Origin: Corallococcus exiguus
GTDB lineage: Bacteria; Myxococcota; Myxococcia; Myxococcales; Myxococcaceae
Direction: 5' to 3' (one strand)
Length of the DNA stretch: 63,187 bases
NCBI RefSeq assembly: GCF_012985275.1
Contig: NZ_JABEKY010000003.1
The notes under the pieces are model-generated. The model was not told where the DNA came from and made no database searches. It was given only the letters and a program-made list of their open reading frames with translations. Position 1 is the stretch's first letter; every line of letters begins with the position of its first letter. Position numbers and translations under genes: made by a program. Shown piece by piece: positions 9,630 to 19,100 of the stretch.

Positions 9630-11236
9630 GGGCCAGTTCCCTTCTTTGGCGTGCCGGGTGGCGGCGTGGACGCGTCAGCCGCGGGGGGCTGCGGACCCGG
9701 CGGACGTTCGGACGCGCCCGGACCTCCGAAGCCGATCGCCAGCGAACGCCCTCCCCGGCGCTGGGCGTGCTTCGTGGACGCAATGCCCTCCAGGATCTCC
9801 TTCTGTTCCTCCACGTGCTCCTTCGACTGGTCCAGCACCTCCACCAGCGCGGAGCGGCTCCGCTCGGCGGCGGCCTTCAGTTCATCTGGCGTGCGCCCCA
9901 TCGCCTTCACGAACCTCTGGGGCGCCTTCTCCACCGCGTTCACGAACTTGTCCGCCTGCTTCTGGGCCGTCGTCTTCAGATTGCCCCAGGCGTCCTTCAC
10001 CTCGTCCGTGTTCGCCTCCAGCACCTGCGCCGCCTCGCTCTCCAGCAGGGCCTTCTTCACGTCCTGGAGCGTGAGGTCTCCCGACGCCAGCTCCATCGCG
10101 GACGACAGGCCCAGCAGCTCCCAGAGCATCGCGGCCTTCGCCAGGTTGGGCCCCGCCGCCAGCAGGCAGATGCCTCCCACGTAGCCTCCGGGGGGCCGGC
10201 TCGTCGCCGTGAGGAAGGCCTGCTTCAGCCCCGCCACTCCGCCCGTCGTCGACACCGGCAGCGCGTACATGCCCGCGGACTTCAGCGCGTTCAGCAGGTC
10301 GATGATGGCCTGCACCGCCTGCGCCAGCTTCATCAACACCTGCACCTTGTCCTGCATCGCGGCGGCGAGACTCCGGAGAAGCGTCGCCAGGTTGTCCACC
10401 GACAGGAGCAGCGCCCTCAGCGCCTCCGGGAGGATGAGCAGCTTCTCCAGGTCCGGGAACAGGTCGCGCATGCGCGCGGACTTCCAGTCCGGCTTCACTG
10501 ACCTTCCGCGCGCCCGGCTGCGGCGAGGATCCAACGCGCCCTTGGGGTACTTCTCGAACGCCTTCTTGAACGCGCTGATGTTGAGCAGCTTGCCCAGCAG
10601 GTACAGCGCCTGCCGGAGCGCATCCAGCGACGGTGCCGCCATCACGATGAACACCGCCTGCACCGGCGCGCCGTCCGTCACCGTCGGGCGTGAGTCATCC
10701 CCTGGATCATCGAAGGACGCGACGAACCGCCCCGCCCAGCGCGCGAAGCCGTCCGGCGTCACCGGCGGGCGCTCCAGCGCGAAGCCCGCCTTGAAGTCCT
10801 TGGGGATGTTCGGGATGAAGCCGGTCTCCGCCAGGTTCGTCTCCGTGGGCCCGATGCCCGGCGCGTCCGCGTAGAGGTACGCGCCCGCGTTGAGCAGGTC
10901 GTTGATGATGTCCTTGAGCAGCTCGTAGGCCGCGAGGATGAGCGCCCGGAACGGATCCGGCAGCCCCAGGAGGATGGCCGCCAGCGCCTGGAGCAGCGCC
11001 TGCACGAACTGGAGCACCGCGATGATGATCTGCAGCGGCGGCTTGACGATGCCCACCAACTGCTCCAGCCCCGGCGGCACGCCGATCAGCAGCGGCCGCC
11101 ACGCGGGCCCACTCCCGGCGTCCGTGCCGGTGGCGTCCGTGCCTTCCGCATCCTCCAATGCCTTCGCCAGGTCCTCGCAGCAGGCCTCCAGCGCGCCGTG
11201 GAGTTCAGCGATAGCGGCGTCGTTGAACTCGGCCAC
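9626..11236 (-). CDS. hypothetical protein (536 aa) with hydrophobic helical segments; possible tape-measure-like or membrane-active protein
   Basis: GTG start with GGGAGGA 5 nt upstream. Hydrophobic stretches LQIIIAVLQFVQALLQALAAILLGL and LAQAVQAIIDLLNALKSAG. Charged, coil-like C-terminus followed by a Gly/Pro tail. Confidence 0.65.
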   Translation of the reverse strand: MAEFNDAAIAELHGALEACCEDLAKALEDAEGTDATGTDAGSGPAWRPLLIGVPPGLEQLVGIVKPPLQIIIAVLQFVQALLQALAAILLGLPDPFRALILAAYELLKDIINDLLNAGAYLYADAPGIGPTETNLAETGFIPNIPKDFKAGFALERPPVTPDGFARWAGRFVASFDDPGDDSRPTVTDGAPVQAVFIVMAAPSLDALRQALYLLGKLLNISAFKKAFEKYPKGALDPRRSRARGRSVKPDWKSARMRDLFPDLEKLLILPEALRALLLSVDNLATLLRSLAAAMQDKVQVLMKLAQAVQAIIDLLNALKSAGMYALPVSTTGGVAGLKQAFLTATSRPPGGYVGGICLLAAGPNLAKAAMLWELLGLSSAMELASGDLTLQDVKKALLESEAAQVLEANTDEVKDAWGNLKTTAQKQADKFVNAVEKAPQRFVKAMGRTPDELKAAAERSRSALVEVLDQSKEHVEEQKEILEGIASTKHAQRRGGRSLAIGFGGPGASERPPGPQPPAADASTPPPGTPKKGTGP

Positions 11237-11399
11237 GCGCGTCCTCCCGGGTGCGTTGTTCCAGCTCCATCAGCTTCTCCAGCCGCTCGGCGTCCTGGGC
11301 CACGCCCACCGCCGCCGCCTGGAGCAGCAGGGCCTTCACCTCCTCCAGCCGCTCACGCAGCACCGAGGCTTCCAGTGGCTTCCAGTCGGGAGCCTTCAT
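11205..11399 (-). CDS. small coiled-coil-like protein (64 aa)
   Basis: GC3-rich ORF starting 4 nt after the spike gene stop. Overlaps the start of the 536-aa gene by 32 nt. Weak RBS. Confidence 0.35.
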   Translation of the reverse strand: MKAPDWKPLEASVLRERLEEVKALLLQAAAVGVAQDAERLEKLMELEQRTREDARGRVQRRRYR

Positions 11400-11403
11400 C
11401 GCG

Positions 11404-12591
11404 TCACCCCACCGGCATGCGCTTGACGAAGCCGAAGTAGGACCAGTCCAGCATCGGCGTCATCGCCGCCCAGACATCCAGCAGTGGCCCGTACGCGGCC
11501 ACCGTCATCGGGTTCACCGCCTTGAGGATCTGCGCCAGCATCGTGAAGTGGATGGCCAGCCCGTCCCCCAACACCATGGGCGAGATGGCGGTGATTCCTC
11601 CCATCTGGCACACGCCCAGCATCGTGTTGATGGACACGTTGCCCGCCAGCGCGTCGATGGAGACAGCGTTGAGCGACGGGCCCGGCATGTCCGGCATCGC
11701 CGCGGCCACCTTCACCGCCTTGCCCGCGGCGAGGTTCACGTTGCCGCCGGACGTGACGCCGTAGCCTCCCACCGCTGTCTCCTGCGACGCGCCGGAGACG
11801 ATGCGCGTGTGGCTGCCCTGGATGCGGTCCTCGCGCGGACCGCCCACGATCTCCTTCACGCCGCTGCCACCCACCGTGCGCGAGTAGCCCGCAACGTCCA
11901 CCTTCTCCGTCAGCGACCCCGTCACGTGCAGCGACACGTCCCCGCCCACGTCGCGGGTGTGACTGCCGTCCACCGTCTCGTCCTGCTTGCCCGCGACCTC
12001 CAGGTGGTCGTCGCCGTCCACCTCCGCGGAGCGGTTGCCCTCGTTCACCGTGCGCTCGTTGCTGATGAGCCGGTCCAGGCCTTCCGCGGACAGGATGACG
12101 CGGTTGCCCTGCCGGTCGTGGATCTCCACACGCGCGGTCTCCGGCCGGTCGTCCAGGACGATGTAGTGGCCCGTGGCGGACTTGAGCATCCGCACGCCCG
12201 GCACCGCGGACTGGGGCGGGTAGTCGTGCTTGGGAATCTCGCTGACGTCCGGAGCCACTCGCGCGGTGGAGTCTGGCTGGCCCAGGTCCGCGAGCGCGGG
12301 CTGCCCCCACCACATGCCGCTCCAGATGGGCTGGGACAGGTCTCCGCCCTCGAACTCCACCCAGACGCCCGCGCCCACGTCCGGCACCACGAAGAGGCCC
12401 TGATCCGGTCCCGCGTACGGCGTGCACGGCATGGCCCAGCCCGTGGCCACATCCCCCATCAGGCGCGGCACCACGCACTGGATGCGCCCCAGGTTGAGCG
12501 GGTCCGAGACGTTCGTCACATAGCCCCGGTACTTGCCGAAGTAGCGGCTCTCCGTGCGTTCGATGAGCTGCTGCAGCAGTTGTTCGATCAT
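11404..12591 (-). CDS. baseplate spike protein, gp5/gpV (Phage_base_V) family
   Basis: N-terminal YFGKYRGYVTNVSDPLNLGRIQCVVPRLMGDVATGWAMP...VPDVGAGVWVEFEGGDLSQPIWSG is the classic gpV/gp5 OB-fold. The C-terminus is Gly-rich with spike-like repeats. Confidence 0.8.
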   Translation of the reverse strand: MIEQLLQQLIERTESRYFGKYRGYVTNVSDPLNLGRIQCVVPRLMGDVATGWAMPCTPYAGPDQGLFVVPDVGAGVWVEFEGGDLSQPIWSGMWWGQPALADLGQPDSTARVAPDVSEIPKHDYPPQSAVPGVRMLKSATGHYIVLDDRPETARVEIHDRQGNRVILSAEGLDRLISNERTVNEGNRSAEVDGDDHLEVAGKQDETVDGSHTRDVGGDVSLHVTGSLTEKVDVAGYSRTVGGSGVKEIVGGPREDRIQGSHTRIVSGASQETAVGGYGVTSGGNVNLAAGKAVKVAAAMPDMPGPSLNAVSIDALAGNVSINTMLGVCQMGGITAISPMVLGDGLAIHFTMLAQILKAVNPMTVAAYGPLLDVWAAMTPMLDWSYFGFVKRMPVG

Positions 12592-12800
12592 CGCGCGCTC
12601 CCCAGGTCGTCGTCCTCGTCGTACTGGCGCACGCCGGAGACGTCCGACAGGTTGATGTAGACGGGTGTGGCGCCATCCGGCCCGGTGAGGTGGACGACGT
12701 CGTCGATGAGCTCCACCACCAGGCCCACGTACACCTGGCCCAACGTGGTGAAGAGGTAGCAGCGCTGCCCCATGCTGGCTTCGAGCAGCTTGCGCATCAC
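12588..12800 (-). CDS. small hypothetical protein (70 aa)
   Basis: ATGA overlap with the spike gene start and with the upstream small gene. Sequence MGQRCYLFTTLGQVYVGLVVELIDD. Confidence 0.5.
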   Translation of the reverse strand: MMRKLLEASMGQRCYLFTTLGQVYVGLVVELIDDVVHLTGPDGATPVYINLSDVSGVRQYDEDDDLGSAR

Positions 12801-13138
12801 TCCTCCAGCTTCTGCACCAGCCGAGTGGCCAGCTTCACGCGCGTGTCCACCCAGATGCCCACGTCGCGCTGGCGCTCGGAGGCGAGCCTGCGGCGCGCGG
12901 CGCGCACCAGGTCCTGGAGCGTCACGGGCACCGTGGGCACCGGCGGCAGGCGGGAGATGCGCACGTCCAGCGCCCTGAGCACCGCGGTGTCCAGGTCCAG
13001 CTTCGCGCGCGTGCCGGCCAGGTTCTCCAGCGTCGCGGCCTTCGCGTCGGGCGCGTCCGGCGTGGCGGAGAGGGAGACTTCGGGCAGCGCGGTGCGCTGG
13101 AGGGCGACACGGCCACTGAGGGCGAAGGGGTCGGGCAT
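12797..13138 (-). CDS. small hypothetical protein (113 aa), possibly a fibre assembly factor
   Basis: Internal ATG (MPDPFALSG...) with GAGGA 8 nt upstream, 31 nt after the giant gene stop. The region upstream of this ATG in the ORF is Arg-rich and overlaps the giant gene. Confidence 0.4.
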   Translation of the reverse strand: MPDPFALSGRVALQRTALPEVSLSATPDAPDAKAATLENLAGTRAKLDLDTAVLRALDVRISRLPPVPTVPVTLQDLVRAARRRLASERQRDVGIWVDTRVKLATRLVQKLEE

Positions 13139-13169
13139 GGGGGTGTCCTCGCGAAAGGGACTTCCAGCG

Positions 13170-16100
13170 CTACGGGTTGAGCTCCACCACGGCGTCGGCT
13201 TCCTGGACGTGCACACCGGAGGTGGTCGCGTTGCCGACGGCCGCCACGCGCGAGCCGCCCAGGATGATGACGGAGTGGGCATACGGATCCGGCAGCGGCT
13301 CCGGTGGGAGAGGCCGGATGCCCGCGTCCTGCACCGGTATGGGGCCGGTGGTGCCGCCCGTGTAGAACGAGTCCGCCAGCACCTCGTGCAGCACGGAGAC
13401 ATTGAGGATGCTCTCCTTCACGGTGGACGCCGCCGAGTCGATGCCGAGCACGCTCTTGTCCACCAACTGGAGGGCCTTCTTCGGGTCGCCGTCCGCCGCG
13501 GTCAGCACGGAGCGCACCTGGCCCTGCACGTCCTCGGGATTGTCCGCGTGCATCGCGACGCGGTCCACCAGGTCCCGCAGCGCGCTCGTGGGCGAGTCGT
13601 CCTTCGTCACCGCGATTCCGTAGAGCGTCCGGGCCGCCATGCTCACGTCCATGGTCGCGGGCAGCTTCGAGCGGACGTCCTGCATCGTCGCGTTGTCCAG
13701 CACGCCCTTGGCGGGGACCTCCGCCCGGGCCTGGGGAGGGAGGGGCGTGGGTTGGAAGACGAGCTCCGCGAGCAGCGTGGAGAAGGCATCGCTTGCCACG
13801 TCGCGGCGGCGCTGGAGGCCGCCCAGGAGCAGCTCCTGGTCCAGGGGCACGCCCAGGGTGGAGCCTCCGCCCACGGGAATCTGGAGCGTCAGCCTGTCCG
13901 AGGGCATCAGCCACTGGGGACGCACCACCGGCGGGGGCGGCGTCACCGTCTCCGCTCCCAGCACCACGTTGCCGGTGAAGGTCACCGGCGCTTTCTCCAC
14001 GCGCAGGACGACGACGTTCACCGCGTCCAGGCACTGGCACCGGTTGCCGCTGAAGACGGTGGAGTCCGCGCGGCGCAAGTACACCGCGCCCACGCCGCCC
14101 TCGCTGCGCAGCTCGTTGCCGGACACGGCCGCGGAGATGACCGCGCCGCCGTTGCCCAGCAGGAGCAGCGCAGGGCCTCGCGCGGTGATGTCGTTGCCTT
14201 CCACCTGCACGCCCCGTTTCTCCTTCACCACTGGTTTCGGGAGGATGGGGATGGGCTTGACGAGGAAGTCCACCAGCGCGGGCTGCACCAGCGCCGTCGT
14301 CGCCGTGAGATAGCGCGAGGCCGCCGCGCTGGCGCTCAGGGTGGGTGCGAAGTCCGCGGCCGTCACCGCGAGCGCGCGGTTGAGCACCGGCCCCGTGGCG
14401 AACTTCTGCTTCAACGAACCCAGCTGCACCAGGTCCTCCACGCGGGGCACCGACGCGAGCGTGGCGATGGAGGACGGCGATGAATTGCCGGGGACCGTGC
14501 GGCCATCCGTGCTCGGCTTGGGCACCGGGTCCGTGGCGAGGAAGGGCACGCGCGACAACTTCGTCACCAGGTCCGGAGGCAGCGTGTCGGTGACGACGAG
14601 GACGCCCGCGCCTCCGCCACCACCGCCCGCGTGGCGCACGGTGTTGCCGCGCACCACCGTCTCGCCTCGCCAGTCGATGGCCACCTCGTGGAGCACCGCC
14701 TGCGGCAGCGTGTTGCCGCTCTCCAGGAAGACGTTGCCCTTTACCACCAGCTCGCCGGAGCCCACGAAGGAGGCCACCGCCTGGCCCATGCCGGGCTCGC
14801 CCGCGGTGGGCAGGCCCGCGCACGCGAAGAGGTGGTTGTCGGAGACCACCGTCACGGACAGGTCCGGCCGCAGCCGCAGGCCCGACACCGCGCAGCCCTC
14901 CAGCCGATTGCCATCCACGTCCAGCAGTGAGCCTGGATCCGTGGGCGCCTCCGTCAGCAGGTGCCCCGCCGCGCCCAGGGCGGTGATGCCGGTGACGGTG
15001 TCGCGCACGGTGTTGTCCGCCAGCCGCACGCGGCCCTGCACGCCGGACACGAAGAGGCCGTCCGCTGGCAACGGGAAGGTGTCGAAGACGGGATCCACCA
15101 GGTCGCCGGGGTCCGGGGCCTCGCCGCGCGCCAGCTGCTCCAGCGACTTGCGCAGCATGTCCAGGATGGCGTCCAGCGCCTGCATGCCGGTGACGACGGC
15201 TACGAGCGACGCGGAGACCTTGTCGGAGCGCTGACGCAGGTACTCCTGGAGCCGCGCGACTCGTGATGCGTCGTCCTCGGCGGGGTCCAGGGCCTGCTCC
15301 ACGGCGCGCAGCAGGACCGCGGCGGCGTCCAGCTCGGCCGTCACCGCGCTGGATTTGGCGACGGCCTCCGCGGCGGTGGTCGCGGGCTCGTCCACCAGCA
15401 GGTGCAGGGCCTGGCGCGCGGGCGTGCCGCCGTTACCGCTGGTCAGCGCGGTGATGGCGTCACTCACGCGCTGGAGCGCCAGCGTGCGCAATCTCCCCTG
15501 GATGCCCGCGATGTCCAGCACGCGGTCGTACTGGGAGAGGTAGAGCTGCAACGAGCCGCTGAGCACCGGCCCCGGCGCCATGCCGCGCACCGCCAGCACC
15601 AGCGCGCCCAGGGCGGAGACCCAGCGCTCCAGCGGCTCCGCCTTCACCGGCACGGGCGGTAGGGGCATGGGCAGCACCTCCAGCGTCTGCACACGGATGC
15701 GGTCCAGGAGGCTCCGGGCGATGGCCACCTGCTCCATGCGCTTCTGCGGCTGGGCAATGGCGTCGAGCACCGCCTGGTGCGCCTGCAACGAGAGCGCGGA
15801 CAGCTCCGCGTCGCCGCTCACCAGCTCGCCCAGTTGGCCCACCGCGGTGCCGAAGGAGCGCAGCTGCTTCTCCACCGTGTCGTCGGACTCAGAGACGAGG
15901 CCCGCCGCCTGCCGGTCCAGGTTCGTGGCGTACAGGCCGATGGTGGCGGTGAGCCCCTGTGCCGCGACGCGCGCGCCGTCCTCCGGCGTGACGTCCGACG
16001 AGGGCAGCACGCCGGTGGTGAAGTCCAGCACCTGCTTGAGGGTGGCGCGCATGCGGTCCACCACCGGCTGCATCTGGCCCCCGGTGCGCTCCACGTCGCG

Positions 16101-19100
16101 GTAGTCCGCCTCCACTTGCGAGGCCAGCGCGGGGTGGAGCTGCTGGAGCTGATCCGTCAGGGCATCCTTGGACAGGCGCAGCTGCACGAGCACGTCCGTA
16201 TTGGCCTTCGCGCCCCGCGTGCCCGGCTGGAGCGGCAGCTGTTGCAGCGCGGCCTGGGCGAAGGTCCCGATGATGGTCTTCTTGGGTCCCACGGCCTGGC
16301 CGATGACGGGCTGCCGCGCGCGCTGCGCCTGCGCCTCGCGCAGCTGGGCCACCTGGCTCAACGCCCCCGCCAGCGTGACGATCGCGGTCAGGTCACCCGG
16401 CCCGCCCTGCACCCGGGCCAGGGCCTTGAGGAGGATCTCCTTCGTGTCGGAGGGCAGGCCCTGCACCAGCGAGTCGAAGGCGCCCTTGATGCGGTCCGCC
16501 GTCGTCGCGACGGCGTCCTTGCCGGACACGGTGGCCAGATCGAACTGCGCCACCATGTCCCACGCCTCCTGGGACACGGGGTCCGGCGCGGTGAAGCTGG
16601 AGGCGCGGCTCAGCGACGAGCGCACCGCGTGCGCGGTCTGGGTGTGGTCGTTGAAGCTCTGGGCGGCGCGCAGATCCGCGACGTCGTTCTCCAGCGCGGA
16701 GAGAATGGAGTCGGGCACGGTCCCCAGGTCCTCCAGCTCCACCAACAGGGTGTCGAGCGGGCCATACAGGCCCCGGCCAAGCTTCTGGCGTCCGTCCACG
16801 TTCGCGCCCGTGTACTGCAACACGATGGCGTACAGGCCCACCACGGCGGAGTGCACGTCCGCGCGCTCCGGGCGAACGGTGGCGCTCGTGACACTGAGTT
16901 GCTGGAGGACCACGGTGATGGGCGGCAGCTTCACCGGCCCCGTCACGGGCGGCGGCTGCGTCGTTGTCACCGGCGCGTGCACGCCGTCCACCTCGTTGCC
17001 CTCCACGGTGATGCTGGAGCCGGACACCACCGCGATGCCCGCCGCGCGCACCTCCGCGTCCGGGAGTCCAGGCGCGCCGTAGGCCTCCGTGCGCCCCACC
17101 TGGAGCAGCCGGTTGCCGCGCACCTGCGCCTCGTCCACGCCCGCGAGCACCACCGCGCCCCGGAGTGTCAACCGCTCCAGCCAGCGCAGCGCAGCGTCCA
17201 GGGGAGCGCGCACGCGGGTCGTGGCGTTGGCGAGCAGCGCCTCCACGAGCGGCCGGGGACGGGACTTCGCGTCCGCGCTCAGCACGGCCTCCAGGCCCGG
17301 GTCCAGGCGGGACAGCGCCAGCGTGTTGTCCTCCTGCGACGGAACGTCCGCGAGCGCCACCTGTTCGAACCGGTTGTCCTCCACGCGCAGGCGTCCCACC
17401 GCGCCGCCCGTGCCCCAGGTGCGCACGGCCGAGTCCCCCAGCGCGCGCACCACGTTGCCTCGGATGCGCACGTCGAACACCGGCTGCGGACCACCCAGCA
17501 GGATGCCGAAGCCCGGCGTGGACTCGCCGTCGCCTTCGATGCGGTTGTCCACCACCTCCACGTCCGAGGCGGGACGTCCGTTGGACGCGCCGTCATCCAG
17601 GCCATCGCCCACGACGATGCCGGCCACCACGCCCAGCACGGACGCGGCGGGCACGGCAGGGAGGGAGATCCATGATTCGCGCACTCGCAGTGCCCGGCCC
17701 GCCAGTTGGATGCCCACCTGGAACAGGCCGTCCGACACGGCGTTGCGGATCTCGTTGCCCACGACGTCCACGCCGTCGCCCGCGACCTGGATGCCCACGG
17801 CCGCGGAGCCCAGAATCTGGTTCTCCGCCACCACCACGCGGTCCACCGGCCCCGCGAGTCCCCCTTCCGCCAGGTCCTGCACCAGGATGCCCACCTGGAA
17901 GCCCTGGATGCGGTTGCCGCGCACCTCCACGCCCGCCAGGCGCCCATCCGCCACGTGGATGCCCGTGGTCGCGTCCCCCAGCGGCTGGAGCCGGTTGTTG
18001 GTGATGGCCAGCGCGTCCACGAAGAGGCCCGCGCGCGGGAAGGACGCGAGGAAGCGCTCCGCGAGATACGGGGCATACGGCGCCACCGCGATGCCTGTCG
18101 CCGCGCCGACGCGGTTCTCGTCGATGACGATGCGAGCGCAGGTGCCCGTCACCAGCACGCCTGTCGCCTCGGAGCCGGCCTGGTTCGCCTGGATGAGGCA
18201 GCGGCGCAGCGTCACGCCACTGGAGTCCGCCAGCGTCACCACGCCATGAGGCAGCACCGCCAGCGCGTCGAGCAGCGGCTTCGCCTCCGGCACGTCCTCC
18301 AGCGGCTGGCCTGGGTGCTGGCGTTGCAGCTTCCGCAGCTGCACCAGCGTGGCCACCACGGAGCCCGCCGCGCGACCCTGGCCCGGGACGATGGCCTTGA
18401 TGCGGTCGACGACCACGTCCACGAAGTCGGCTTCGGCGGACGGGTGCTTCACGTCGTCCTCCTCCAACACCCGGTCGTCGTCCACTTCCACCAGCGGCAC
18501 GAAGCGCTGGCCGTTCGACATGGCCACGCTCGTCTTCACCGCCTTCACCACGGGCTGGAGGCCTCCGCCAATCACCACGTCCTCGAAGGGGGCCTCCACC
18601 AGCTTGAGGTCCTCGATGCGCACGTCGCCATCCAGGCCGCAGCGGTCCACGAAGAAGGCGCCGCCGGAGCCCTGGGTGCGCAGCTCGGTGGCCTCTCCGT
18701 CGCCCAGGAGGTGCACGGAGGACAGGTTGCGCAGCAGCACCGGGTGCTCCAGCTTGTAGCGGCCGGCTCGCACGAAGATGGATCCGCCCTGCCCTCCCAT
18801 CCGGTCCACCGCGGCCTGGAGCGCCTCGTCGCCGGTGATGCCTTCGAGCAGGTCCTGGTCGACGTCGCCGAAGCTGCGCACGCCGTCGCCCACCACCACC
18901 GTGAAGACGCCCGGGCCGATGACGCGCTCGGAGAGTTCCACCAATCTGTCTCGCACCTGGGCGAGCGGCAGGTAGCGCGGGCGCAGGTCCTCGAAGATTC
19001 GCGTCTCGCCGCCTGTCACTCGCGCCAGCGGCACGCAGTGGTGCACCGGACCTTGCACGGGCGCGTCCGTGAGCTGCTCGACTTCGCCGCGGGCCGCGCC

